Positions 1 to 10,113 of a stretch of 64,000 bases of DNA are shown piece after piece. Under the pieces are notes generated by a model. The model saw nothing but the letters and a program-made list of their open reading frames with translations, did no database searches and had not been told where the DNA came from. The DNA lies in the IMG/VR virus record IMGVR_UViG_3300021429_002604, positions 63,439-127,438 of that record, one strand, 5' to 3'. The DNA comes from a virus. The translations under genes and the position numbers were made by a program. Every line of letters begins with the position of its first letter. Position 1 is the first letter of the stretch.

Positions 1-7
1 ATGGTAA

Positions 8-1855
8 ATGCCAAGTAACGGACCTAGTCAACAAGAGCTTCTCTTAAAACAGAACACATCCGATGTTGTAAATCGTAACAGTAACCTTGGATCTAATAAT
101 CCTTTTAAAGGTCCCACTGCGAGAAGCCTTTTCTATGAAGGTGCTAAAAGAAATCCTAGTAAATATGGACAGTACCTGTTCTATTCTCTGGGTAAGAACG
201 ACAACAACTTCGTTGACTCTTATTATAAATCAGAAAACGCTGACAATAATAGAAAAGTATCATCTCTAAAATCTAAAAATCCTTCCGCTGGATATCTGGT
301 GAGAGAAACAGCCGATCTTGAGGCTGTTAGCTCAGAAGCCGGACAGAGAATAGGAGGATTAGTTTCTAGCTTTGAAAAAAATATAATAGGGGGAATAGCA
401 GCACCTTATTACTGGAAAGATTTTCTATATTGTAAATATTACGGTGCTATACCAAATAATTACATGATCACCCTTAGGAGATTTCCTACACCCGTACTCG
501 ACAATCTTAGCGTACCCGATTCCATTAAAAGCACAGAAGCATATAGAACAGAAGGTGTGGGTAGACCCGTTGCACAGGCTGTAACTTGGTTTGGTGGAAA
601 TACTAATAACACACTTAGCTCACTGATTGAATTTACTACCGGGTTAGAATGGACCAACCGCTCTCAAAGTGATGTAATAGAGCAAGAGGCATTCTCCAAG
701 GGATTCTTCAATGATTTGCCCTACCAGTGGTTTTCCCAAGCTGCTAGAGCAGCTAGTGGTACTGATGCTATAGGAAATGGTATAGCTTCCGTTGGGGAAG
801 CCACCACCATCGGATTCGATCCAAATAATACATCTGTGGAGAACGCGAGATTTAGAGGATTAAGGGATAGAGCTAAAGATGGAACGATGGGGTTATTGAG
901 CGAGTATCAATGGGTTCCGATGGATGTTGTTAAGGATACACAGGTGAGAACATCGGGTCTTAATTTTACATGGGGTACTCTAAATGTTGTTTTTGAATAT
1001 GATCTGACCTCTGTTGGTGAGATTAATACAAAGGCAGCTATGCTGGATTTGATGGGAAATCTTCTCTCCATAGGTACCAATTATGGTAATTTTTTAACCC
1101 CTGATGTTAGATACCAATCAAACTTCGCTGGTATCGGATTTCCTGGAGGCGATGAAGGACTTAAGCTTTTTTATAAGGATCCTCTTTCATTTCTTCTTTC
1201 TTACGGGGATAAAATAGTTAATCCAAAGGGAGAGGCTGTCAAATCAGCGGAGGATGCTCAAATTTCAGGTCAAATAAATCCAGCTGATGCTACAGGCGGA
1301 AATGACTCAGAGATGGCAGACCTAAAGGCACAACTATCCAAAATCACTGAGGATGGTATAAGTATGGATAAAATTAAGGAGCTTGCTAAAAAATTTCCAG
1401 CAGCTTTTGGTAGAATACTTCAAGCCACAGTTACCCCAGGATTTATGGAAAAATACCAAGCATCAGCAAGTTTATTAACAGGAGCACCGATCGGAGAATG
1501 GCATTTGACCATAGGTAACCCCTGCAATCCAATTGCAATGATAGGTAATTTGATCTGCAAGAATGTAAAAATAGCCTTTGGTGATGTTTTAGGGCCTGAT
1601 GATTTTCCAACAACTCTAAAAGCTACATTTGATTTGGAACACGCTAGAGGAAGAGAAAGGGGAGAAATCGAAAGCATATTTAACCGCGGAGACGGTAGAC
1701 TTTACATGTCAACTCTAAGCACATCTGCTAGCGAGCAATCATGGAACGCATTTACAAACACCAACGGTGAGTTATTAAGTGAGCAGTTTAAGAAGAAAGA
1801 ATTAAATATGAGTCAAACCAGCGGTCTCGATGATTCGAAGGCGCCTGGTCAATAA
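8..1855 (+). CDS. Putative baseplate/tail structural protein (possibly tail-tube initiator-like)
   Basis: 615-aa ORF directly upstream of the LysM-hub-spike gene run typical of contractile tails. The role is inferred from position only. Confidence 0.45.
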   Translation: MPSNGPSQQELLLKQNTSDVVNRNSNLGSNNPFKGPTARSLFYEGAKRNPSKYGQYLFYSLGKNDNNFVDSYYKSENADNNRKVSSLKSKNPSAGYLVRETADLEAVSSEAGQRIGGLVSSFEKNIIGGIAAPYYWKDFLYCKYYGAIPNNYMITLRRFPTPVLDNLSVPDSIKSTEAYRTEGVGRPVAQAVTWFGGNTNNTLSSLIEFTTGLEWTNRSQSDVIEQEAFSKGFFNDLPYQWFSQAARAASGTDAIGNGIASVGEATTIGFDPNNTSVENARFRGLRDRAKDGTMGLLSEYQWVPMDVVKDTQVRTSGLNFTWGTLNVVFEYDLTSVGEINTKAAMLDLMGNLLSIGTNYGNFLTPDVRYQSNFAGIGFPGGDEGLKLFYKDPLSFLLSYGDKIVNPKGEAVKSAEDAQISGQINPADATGGNDSEMADLKAQLSKITEDGISMDKIKELAKKFPAAFGRILQATVTPGFMEKYQASASLLTGAPIGEWHLTIGNPCNPIAMIGNLICKNVKIAFGDVLGPDDFPTTLKATFDLEHARGRERGEIESIFNRGDGRLYMSTLSTSASEQSWNAFTNTNGELLSEQFKKKELNMSQTSGLDDSKAPGQ

Positions 1856-1867
1856 TAATATATTATC

Positions 1868-2461
1868 ATGGGTTATTTTAAAATAGACACATTAGTCAAA
1901 AATAAATCGGTATTTAATCCGTCAACATCACTAGAAAATACTAGTAGCTATGGTATATGGGATTTGACAAAAGCATCGGTTTCCTACAATAACACGAATG
2001 TCGAGGTCGGTAGTATGTTTATAGTGACTGAATTTTACCAGATGAGACCTGACTTGATTGCTGCAATAAAATTGGGTGACCACGCTAGTGTAGGATCTCT
2101 TTTGAAAATAAATAACATCAGTAATCCGTTCGCCCTCAAGGAGGGAAACGTCTTAGCTATCCCAACTCCAACCACGATAGAAAAAACTTTTAACAATAAG
2201 AAATCACTGAATCAAGCACAGGCTTCATCCAATACCAATACGAATCCAAATCAGGTGTTTAGAAAAAATCAAGAGCAAAAGAAATTTAAAGTTAGTGAAG
2301 GGAGAAAGAAATTTCTAGAATCTAAAATTAAAAATCAACCGGCTATGGTGCTACCACCTAACGTTGCACAACCAAATGATAAATCTATTGCTAAAAAAGA
2401 TGGCTTCCTTATATTTGCACCTAGTGCTGGTGGTGGTGGATTTAATAAACCGGTAAACTAA
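1868..2461 (+). CDS. LysM-like baseplate wedge protein (T4 gp53/tail protein X-like)
   Basis: LysM-like segment YQMRPDLIAAIKLG...LLKINNISNPFALKEGNVLAIP, in the expected position before the hub gene. Confidence 0.65.
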   Translation: MGYFKIDTLVKNKSVFNPSTSLENTSSYGIWDLTKASVSYNNTNVEVGSMFIVTEFYQMRPDLIAAIKLGDHASVGSLLKINNISNPFALKEGNVLAIPTPTTIEKTFNNKKSLNQAQASSNTNTNPNQVFRKNQEQKKFKVSEGRKKFLESKIKNQPAMVLPPNVAQPNDKSIAKKDGFLIFAPSAGGGGFNKPVN

Positions 2462-2462
2462 G

Positions 2463-4019
2463 ATGACTTCGGATGATATAAAATTAGGTGCTCTCGCCTT
2501 AAATAATATGAAGCTCGACGAGCTTCTTAAAATAGATTCATCTAACGGGTCGGATGATATTCAGACCAAAAGAAGGATGGGGGCTAACTCTGAAGCTGCA
2601 ACTGGAGTAGTTTCCCCTTATATTTCTATCAACGGATATAACATCACTAATTTTCTGATCAACTTCCATTTGGACCTAAGCGGATTTTTACCAGCCGTTA
2701 CATTTTCATTTAGTGCTGCCGAAACTGTTTTTATTTCGGTTAATTATCCAAAAGATGGAGATATAGTTTCTATATACATGAGAGCTCCTGGTGATTTTTA
2801 TAAGCCATTCCGAATGGATTTCCGAATTCTTTCCGTTGATGGAGGCTTATCTAGCAGATATTCTGATAGTGGATCCGATCCAAACGGGTCATTTTTTAAA
2901 TTCATGATAATTGCTGAGTGCAATGTACCCGGATTATATACACAAAGAATAAAGTCTTTTAAATCGATGCCTTCCAGTGATGTGTTACTTGAAGTTTCGC
3001 AAGATATAAATCTGGGATTTTCGACGAATGAAAAGGCAACCGAGGATGCCATGACATGGATTTGTCCTAACTATTCGTATTATGATTTTATCCAGGAGGT
3101 GACGTCAAGATCTTATAAAGATGACGAATCTAGCTTTTATGATTGTTGGGTTGATGGCTATTATAATCTGAATTTTGTTAATCTAGGAAACCAATTCTCC
3201 TTCGATAGTGATCCCAAGCAAGAAATAACTATCATACCCGGATATACCAATCTGGGATTAAAAATGGATACCGCTATACCAGGTACACCTACTGCTGATC
3301 CAATTAGCTTACCCCTTGTTTTAACGAATGCAGTTGGTGCGGGAATAAATCCATTTATGATAAATGGTTACACATTAACTTCTAGAGCTGGTAATAACAC
3401 TAATAACATGGGCTACATTACAACCATCGGGTTTTACGATGAAGCACTTGAAGCTAAGGAAGAACCAACTAAGAAGTACATTAAATACGAGATTGAGTCA
3501 TTAACATCAGAACATGTCCCTGTTGGTGGTATATTACAGAAGGGTAGAGCCAGAGGAAATGAATACAAGGAAGAAACGAGAAGAGAATGGCTGGGCGTAT
3601 TAAATACCGATCCTAATACAGGTGAGGGGGTTCATAAAAACTTTTACCATGCTAGATATCAGAATCTGATCAACATAAACGATGTTACCAAGATGACCCT
3701 GGAGGTTGAGCTTATGGGATATTTTCCAGGCATATACAGAGGCCAGGTGATACCGGTTGTTATCTATGTTTTTGATGCTGGTACCAGACAGCAAAACGTT
3801 GGACAAGAAGCCAATAAAGCACAAAATACAGACCAAGTACCAACTAAAGACGAGTTATTATCGGGTCTATATGTTGTCATGGGTATGGAAGTTTCCTGGA
3901 CGGAAACATCAGGAGGTATGAGACAAAAGCTCATATTATCCAAAAGAACTTGGGTGGCTAACGCATCTGGTGCTATACCAAAAGCTTTCCCTATATCGGT
4001 ACAAACTAGACAATTTTAA
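2463..4019 (+). CDS. Putative baseplate hub protein (gp27/gpD-like)
   Basis: 518 aa, between the LysM and spike genes. The C-terminal YRGQVIPV...LSGLYVVMGMEVSW...QKLILSKR segment resembles the terminal beta-barrel of hub proteins. Confidence 0.55.
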   Translation: MTSDDIKLGALALNNMKLDELLKIDSSNGSDDIQTKRRMGANSEAATGVVSPYISINGYNITNFLINFHLDLSGFLPAVTFSFSAAETVFISVNYPKDGDIVSIYMRAPGDFYKPFRMDFRILSVDGGLSSRYSDSGSDPNGSFFKFMIIAECNVPGLYTQRIKSFKSMPSSDVLLEVSQDINLGFSTNEKATEDAMTWICPNYSYYDFIQEVTSRSYKDDESSFYDCWVDGYYNLNFVNLGNQFSFDSDPKQEITIIPGYTNLGLKMDTAIPGTPTADPISLPLVLTNAVGAGINPFMINGYTLTSRAGNNTNNMGYITTIGFYDEALEAKEEPTKKYIKYEIESLTSEHVPVGGILQKGRARGNEYKEETRREWLGVLNTDPNTGEGVHKNFYHARYQNLININDVTKMTLEVELMGYFPGIYRGQVIPVVIYVFDAGTRQQNVGQEANKAQNTDQVPTKDELLSGLYVVMGMEVSWTETSGGMRQKLILSKRTWVANASGAIPKAFPISVQTRQF

Positions 4020-4054
4020 ATGTCGGATAAATATAAGAAATAATAAAACTTTAG

Positions 4055-6361
4055 ATGTCATTAGGAGCAACAGATAAACAGAGGAGTTTATTCCTGAAAG
4101 GATTTAAACTATCAAAGCAGGGTAATTACGAGGATCCAACTTACCTTGGGTTTAAGCTTGTTTTTGATTTCGGTACACTCCCGATTAGTGCAGAAGATGG
4201 TTTACCACCAAGCCCTCTTTTTAAGGATGATAGTTATTATTACGGTGCTAATAATAGTTTCTTCGGAGAAAATCCATTTGGACAAGCTCAGTATGATTAC
4301 GTGACTCCCTCCGCAAATGGTAAAGTTGCTTATTATTCAGCTGCTAGTTACCTTGAGCAAAGAGAATCAGCATTTCCGTATGGTGGGAAAAGAGCGGATA
4401 TGCTAAGACAGTTTAAAATAATATTGAGCGATCTTCTCTCAAATTCTCCTTGGTTTATACAATCCATTAGTGGTCTTGATACACTAGCAAAGGTTGCTAG
4501 ACCTGGATATCAGCCATCGGCCAGCGACGCCTCTTTTAGCTCACAAAGAACAGCAAACAAGTCTCTAGAATTCACAACTCTGGAATCTTTGAATATGAGA
4601 ATGACCACGTTAGCGGATCTTTATAATCAGGCAACTTTTGATTATGATAATATGCGAGAACTTCTTCCAAGAAATCTTAGAAAGTTCACGATGTACATTT
4701 TCGTTTCGGAGGTTAGAAATTTCTTTAAGACATCTAGACTCGTAGGTGCTTCAGCTGCTCTTACTGCTATAGATAATCTTTCAACATTGCTTGGATCTGG
4801 AAATAATCCAGGAAGTAATCTTGGAGTTGTTGATACCATATCAGGTGGACAAAATCAGAATTTCAACTCGGGGAGCTCAAATATAAATCCAGCAAGTGGA
4901 TTTAATTCCTTTGTGGGTAATATTTTGAATCAATCTGGATTGGACAATGATCTATCGCTTTTTAAAAATCAACAGGATCAGTCGGGTATAAAACCAATGC
5001 TTGTTTTTGAGTGTAGAAATTGCGAATTTGATTTCACTGAAAGTACTCCAATAGGAACTAGCATAAACATCGGTACCACTGCTGAACAGGCCACTCAGAA
5101 ATTTAAAATCCATGTGGGTAAAGTTAGGATTAGAAACCAATACCCTAACATCAGACAGGACGGAAAACCTTTAATACTCGGAGACAGCTGGGACTCTGCT
5201 AGATCTTCTGTACAAAAATCCCCAAGAGACACGCAAGATATTCTTTCTTTGGGTGGTGAGCTATTAACAAACTTCGTAAGTAATTCACTGAATGACCTAA
5301 TAAATGAAGGTGTTGCTAATTTTATTCAGCCAAACCTGGCTGGACTAGATAAGTTGGCTTTAGGTAACACATATAGCTTTAATCCTGCTCAGTTAAGTGC
5401 TGGACTTTCTTTCAATAATGCTCAGAATTTTTTAAATAGCTTGGATGGTGTAAACGCAGGATTTAGAGAAACAACTTTGCCAAATCCACAAACAACTGGA
5501 TTAGGTGGTCCACCACAAAGAGTTTATCCTCCTCCAGGAAGCCCTGATGCTTATTCGAAAGTTCCTGGAAGTGATCTAGGTGTCCCTGACAGAGTATATC
5601 CAGCTCCGGGTGGAGACGCTTATTCAAATGTACCGGGATCGGATCTCGGTGTCCCTGATAGAGTTTATGCACAGCCGAGTGGAGATGCTTATGACCAAGT
5701 ACCAGGACCCGATTTAGGAGTTCCTGATAGGGTTTATCCACAGCCGAATGGCGACGTTTATGTAGATGTACCTGGACAGGATCTAGGCGTACCTGACAGA
5801 GTTTATCCAGCTCCAACTGGAGATGAATACACAGGAGTTCCTGGACAAGATCTAGGAGTTCCTGATAGAACATATCCAGCTCCCGGAGGAGACGTTTATG
5901 CAAATGTACCAGGATCGGATCTTGGTGCTCCTGACAGGGCATATCCTGTTTTCAATGAGCAGGTTTATGGAACACCGCCAACACCGGGTCAGCTATCAAA
6001 CAATCTGGACGTTTATACAAATCCCCCTGTCACAGGTACATTAGAGGAGTCACAGGTGTATCCAGATGAACCAGCTCGTAATGATGTCGATAATTTGGGT
6101 GACCAAGTTTATCCAGAGAAGAAATTAGTTAATACTAGAGGTGAACTTAGAGAGGCATCAAATTCATTCGAACAACAGCCAGCTAAAGTTTATGCATCAC
6201 CTAAAGAGACTGCTAGTAGAGGTGATATAGGTAAGGTGTATCCGCCAACCAGCGGGGACTTTGTCGTCGAAAAACCTTTGGATTTAGGAAACCTAAAACC
6301 ACCGACAAAATATAACATAAGTAAGGGTGGGTTTAACACACCCAAAACTGAATTTGAATAA
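4055..6361 (+). CDS. Structural protein with Pro/Gly-rich 23-aa tandem repeats
   Basis: 768-aa ORF in the baseplate module, with a globular N-terminus followed by PGxDLGVPDRVYP repeats. Confidence 0.5.
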   Translation: MSLGATDKQRSLFLKGFKLSKQGNYEDPTYLGFKLVFDFGTLPISAEDGLPPSPLFKDDSYYYGANNSFFGENPFGQAQYDYVTPSANGKVAYYSAASYLEQRESAFPYGGKRADMLRQFKIILSDLLSNSPWFIQSISGLDTLAKVARPGYQPSASDASFSSQRTANKSLEFTTLESLNMRMTTLADLYNQATFDYDNMRELLPRNLRKFTMYIFVSEVRNFFKTSRLVGASAALTAIDNLSTLLGSGNNPGSNLGVVDTISGGQNQNFNSGSSNINPASGFNSFVGNILNQSGLDNDLSLFKNQQDQSGIKPMLVFECRNCEFDFTESTPIGTSINIGTTAEQATQKFKIHVGKVRIRNQYPNIRQDGKPLILGDSWDSARSSVQKSPRDTQDILSLGGELLTNFVSNSLNDLINEGVANFIQPNLAGLDKLALGNTYSFNPAQLSAGLSFNNAQNFLNSLDGVNAGFRETTLPNPQTTGLGGPPQRVYPPPGSPDAYSKVPGSDLGVPDRVYPAPGGDAYSNVPGSDLGVPDRVYAQPSGDAYDQVPGPDLGVPDRVYPQPNGDVYVDVPGQDLGVPDRVYPAPTGDEYTGVPGQDLGVPDRTYPAPGGDVYANVPGSDLGAPDRAYPVFNEQVYGTPPTPGQLSNNLDVYTNPPVTGTLEESQVYPDEPARNDVDNLGDQVYPEKKLVNTRGELREASNSFEQQPAKVYASPKETASRGDIGKVYPPTSGDFVVEKPLDLGNLKPPTKYNISKGGFNTPKTEFE
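5500..5950 (+). repeat. In-frame 69-nt (23-aa) tandem repeat, 6 good copies plus degenerate flanking copies
   Basis: gtccctga occurs at 5582 and 5651 (period 69 nt). Unit is approximately DRVYPAPGGDAYSNVPGSDLGVP. Confidence 0.9.
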
Positions 6362-6363
6362 TT

Positions 6364-7065
6364 ATGCCAAGTGAAAAAACCTACCTTGGTAGAGTGGTTG
6401 ATATTAAAGATCCACTTTATCAAGGAAGAGCTAAAATTGATGTTTTTGGTTTCTTTGATGAGATTCCTGTCGAGGATCTTCCCTGGGCCGAGCAGATTGC
6501 TGGTATGTCCTTTGGAGCAGGCTTTGGTGGTGGAAACATCACCATTCCCAGAGTTGGTTCCATAGTTGCTGTTCATTTTGAGGAAAATAACTATTATAAG
6601 ATTAATTATCATTACATCAAGGAGTTTTCACAGGACCTCCAGGAGGAGCTGAAAAAAGAAAACTCTTATGAAGGTACTCATGCTTTAATTTATGATGGCG
6701 AGGCCCAACCAGGGCTTCTTAAGATGATATACACCAGAAGCAATGGTTTAGTTTTTCAGCTGGGGGATGCTACGATACAACTTGATACCCAGAACGCTGG
6801 AACCGATAAGGAGAAGCTCAGAATCAAGATAAAAATGAATGATGATGAGATCCGAATGGAAAAAAGCGGTGGTAAGCAGAAGGTCATTGTAAAATCCGAA
6901 AATATAGAACTCGGCGAGGGAGCGGTTGAGAAGGTTATCCTCGGTAACAAGTTTCTACAATTATATAATCAGCACACGCACCCAACCGGTGTTGGACCAT
7001 CGGGTGTTCCGATAGTTCCGATGGTGGATCCTCAGCACTTAAGTCAAGTATCTAAAACTAAATAA
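6364..7065 (+). CDS. Baseplate central spike (gp5/gpV-like OB-fold, C-terminal HxH apex)
   Basis: N-terminal YLGRVVDIKDPLYQGRAKIDVFG...LPWA matches the gp5 OB-fold pattern. C-terminal HTHPTGVGPSGVP is the metal-binding apex motif of gpV/gp138-type spikes. Confidence 0.8.
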   Translation: MPSEKTYLGRVVDIKDPLYQGRAKIDVFGFFDEIPVEDLPWAEQIAGMSFGAGFGGGNITIPRVGSIVAVHFEENNYYKINYHYIKEFSQDLQEELKKENSYEGTHALIYDGEAQPGLLKMIYTRSNGLVFQLGDATIQLDTQNAGTDKEKLRIKIKMNDDEIRMEKSGGKQKVIVKSENIELGEGAVEKVILGNKFLQLYNQHTHPTGVGPSGVPIVPMVDPQHLSQVSKTK

Positions 7066-7067
7066 CG

Positions 7068-8867
7068 ATGCCAGCAAATTGGGGAACATTCATAACTAAT
7101 GTTAGTAGCAAATTAACGTCTCAGTCTATTGGATCATACGATGAGATGGCAGACTTTCTTAGAAACGAATATATTTCTGCGACTGTTGGTAAAGCTGCAT
7201 CTCCATATGGTCAAACCCACGTAAAGGGACAGGATGCCATTATGTACGAGGGATTTAAGAAAGGATTTAAAATGCTCTACGAAGGCGGTGATCTAACATT
7301 CGAGGAGAAGAAAACAAATCCAGCATACGCTGATCTTGAGGTTGAACCGCCCACGGTGGATATATCAGGAGCTGCTGATCAAGTTGAATTAGATTTTAGA
7401 GATTGGGCTGAGGAGAACAAAGCAACAATACCAGATTTTGTATATTCACAATTCTTTTCCCAATACCCAGGATTTCCTAAGGATAGAAAGCAAGCAGCAC
7501 TCGAGATTGCCAGAAAGATATTGCATCAGTTTGACGGAACCGGATCATATCTCCAATGGATGTATTCATTAAGAACCGGTCCATATAGCGACTGGGGAAA
7601 CCTAATAATGGATGAAGTTATTAAGCTGATAAATATTGAGGCTAAGAGAGAATTTCAACCAGGAGATCTTGTTAGAGGATTTGCTAAATATAAAAATATT
7701 GATACTATCGCTGTGACTAAAACCAGTAGGAGCGATAAAGATTATACAGTGGTTCCTCTTGGTAGTCCTTATAACGGGATCTGGAATACAGAATACCGAT
7801 ACGGAAACGACGTTTTCAATTATTTGAAAGGTGACACTAATATAGATAACATTTCTTCGCTTAACTCAGGAAATCGGAACGATTCCGAATTGATTGAGGG
7901 TAAGGTTGTTTCGGTATCTTCTGTAAAGGGGAATAGTAGTATAAAGGTATCCTTTTATAACAAGAATGTAAAGAAGTACTTTGTAAAGGAACTGATTCCT
8001 AGCACAGTATCAAGAAAACTTAATATCTCGGATATAACCGGGAAATTGCCTGCTATAAATATAACGAGGGAGCTTTTTCAGGATCAACACTTAAGTAATC
8101 CTAATAAGATCCCTGATTATCTAACCTCAAGTTTTATAAGACATTTCACATATTCTAAAAGATACGATGCTGGATATCTTAAGCAATGGTTAAAATATTA
8201 TGGAAGTTGGTCGGATAGCGTTATTGATAATATAAGTAAAAGCTTTGACGATTCTTACAGTTATGCTGATGATATAGTAAATATCTTTTCTAGAGACGGA
8301 TTCAAGAACACTTCATTTTTCCGGAAAAATGCTAATATTTTTAATACCAACTCTGGATTTCAATTATCAATTATTAAGCAGAGACTTGATTTTAATAAGT
8401 CTGTCGAGTATGATACCGAAGAAAATAGATTTAGAGAACTCAAGATTAGATGGATAAATGAGTTGGCTGATGCCGCTAGAAAAAACTCAGATCCTGATAA
8501 ACCGGAGGATCCCTACAATGTTATGGCCAAGGGCGTTCTTGATTATTGGAAATCATGTGCTCAACAACCCCTTACAAATGAGCCAGGTGCCCCGCCTTGC
8601 TTATTTGCACCTCCTCAGGGTGGACTTTACGCTCCGATTTATTATGGTAGTCAAACAATGCTCGGTAATAATATAAAAAGAGCTTTCAATACGGGAAAAA
8701 GATTCAGTCGGGCACCAGAAAAACAGATTGCAGCAAAGCTAGTTGCATCTGCCCTAGCATATTCTTTTGGTATGCATTTATTAGAACTTAAATTTATCTA
8801 TCGTGGTGGTATACCTGGGGCTAATGGCCCAATACCTATGATAGGTTTTATCCCTCTAGTTTATTAA
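7068..8867 (+). CDS. Hypothetical protein (baseplate module)
   Basis: 599-aa ORF starting 2 nt after the spike gene; no family recognised. Confidence 0.5.
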   Translation: MPANWGTFITNVSSKLTSQSIGSYDEMADFLRNEYISATVGKAASPYGQTHVKGQDAIMYEGFKKGFKMLYEGGDLTFEEKKTNPAYADLEVEPPTVDISGAADQVELDFRDWAEENKATIPDFVYSQFFSQYPGFPKDRKQAALEIARKILHQFDGTGSYLQWMYSLRTGPYSDWGNLIMDEVIKLINIEAKREFQPGDLVRGFAKYKNIDTIAVTKTSRSDKDYTVVPLGSPYNGIWNTEYRYGNDVFNYLKGDTNIDNISSLNSGNRNDSELIEGKVVSVSSVKGNSSIKVSFYNKNVKKYFVKELIPSTVSRKLNISDITGKLPAINITRELFQDQHLSNPNKIPDYLTSSFIRHFTYSKRYDAGYLKQWLKYYGSWSDSVIDNISKSFDDSYSYADDIVNIFSRDGFKNTSFFRKNANIFNTNSGFQLSIIKQRLDFNKSVEYDTEENRFRELKIRWINELADAARKNSDPDKPEDPYNVMAKGVLDYWKSCAQQPLTNEPGAPPCLFAPPQGGLYAPIYYGSQTMLGNNIKRAFNTGKRFSRAPEKQIAAKLVASALAYSFGMHLLELKFIYRGGIPGANGPIPMIGFIPLVY

Positions 8868-8901
8868 CAAAAAAAGTTCATTGCAAAGGAACTTAAGATG
8901 G

Positions 8902-8909
8902 GATATATA
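8902..8909 (+). promoter_or_regulatory. GATATATA putative late-promoter motif
   Basis: Intergenic, 43 nt before the S1 gene ATG; one of 8 upstream copies. Confidence 0.5.
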
Positions 8910-8952
8910 GTATAATAACGATACTTTTAATCACCTTTAAACTAAAAAAAAT

Positions 8953-10113
8953 ATGAATTCCAATTCTTTCGACGATTTTAACTGGGATCTTCCTAATGGA
9001 CTAACAATCAACAAGAAAATCAAAGGTTCTGAGGGACACAAGGTTTATTGCCACGAGCCATATGCTCAGGAGTTAGCAGATCTCTATTTTAAATCCTATG
9101 CAAATTTAGAAATTGGGTCTAAGGACTTAGTTGATGGTTCAGTATATCTTTGCAAAATAGTTCATTTGAAGGAAGACGAAGCATTAGCTCAAACCAATTC
9201 TGGTCAAACCATCTACATCGATCTTAAAAAAGAGAGAAGAGATGCTGAAAAATTAAACTTAATCAACCTAACATTTAACCCAGGCGAAGAAGTTAACGCT
9301 AGAGTAAGAAAAAATAACGGTAACTATACAGGATCTGTTATTGAATATTACATCCACAGCCTGAGAGTTGAACTTTTTGAACAAATCAAAAAAGAAAGCA
9401 GCGCATATAGAATAAAAATAGTTAGCGTGAATAAAGGTGGATACATTGCCGAATTATCGGGTATCAAATGTTTCCTTCCTGGATCACTAGCAGCAGCTAA
9501 TAAAATCACCGATTTTGAATCATACATCGGAAAAGAAATGCACGTTATGATCGAGGGTTATGTTGAATCGAAAGACATATTCATCGTTTCCTATAAGAAA
9601 TACCTTAATAAGATCATGGATTCTAAAATCCAAGAACTTGATCTTACCAAAAAATACAAAGGGTATGTTACAGGGACAAGCGACTTCGGTGTGTTTGTAG
9701 AATGGGACAGTGTTTACACTGGTCTTATTCACAAAACAGAATTCCCTGATGATAATACGCTAACCATGATTTCTCCTGGATCAGAAATTGAATTCTATGT
9801 GAAGGAGATCAAGGATAATAACAGATTAACCCTTACATTGGATAAGCCATTGGAAAGAAATGTTATTATACAGGAAATAGAGAACCAAGTGAAAGAAGGA
9901 ACTTGTGAACCATTACCAGCTAAGGTTAAACATAGAAGAAAGAATGGCGCTTTAGTTGAAATTCCACAATATGGTCTTATGGCCTTAATACCTCAGGATA
10001 GACTTGGGAAGAAGGGGAGCAACATCAAAACAGGAGACGATGTGACAATCGTTCCTTATGAGGTTGATGTTACCTCTGGAAAAATATATGTTGAACTTGT
10101 AAATGTCGGATAA
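8953..10113 (+). CDS. Multi-S1-domain RNA-binding protein (ribosomal protein bS1-like)
   Basis: Repeated S1 signatures: KIVSVNKGGYIAELSGIKCFLPGS, GYVTGTSDFGVFVEWDSVYTGLIHKTE, AKVKHRRKNGALVEI...ALIP. Confidence 0.8.
   Translation: MNSNSFDDFNWDLPNGLTINKKIKGSEGHKVYCHEPYAQELADLYFKSYANLEIGSKDLVDGSVYLCKIVHLKEDEALAQTNSGQTIYIDLKKERRDAEKLNLINLTFNPGEEVNARVRKNNGNYTGSVIEYYIHSLRVELFEQIKKESSAYRIKIVSVNKGGYIAELSGIKCFLPGSLAAANKITDFESYIGKEMHVMIEGYVESKDIFIVSYKKYLNKIMDSKIQELDLTKKYKGYVTGTSDFGVFVEWDSVYTGLIHKTEFPDDNTLTMISPGSEIEFYVKEIKDNNRLTLTLDKPLERNVIIQEIENQVKEGTCEPLPAKVKHRRKNGALVEIPQYGLMALIPQDRLGKKGSNIKTGDDVTIVPYEVDVTSGKIYVELVNVG

Noticed and set aside
5463-5942. 69-nt periodic repeat as a CRISPR array, and the minus-strand 159-aa ORF over it
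   Set aside because: The repeats are in-frame, vary at synonymous sites, have no unique spacers and no cas genes are present. The antisense ORF is a shadow.
8875-8894. AAGTTC/GAACTT inverted repeat upstream of the S1 gene as a terminator or operator
   Set aside because: Only a 6-bp AT-rich stem with a 8-nt loop, and the T tract is on the opposite strand; too weak to call.
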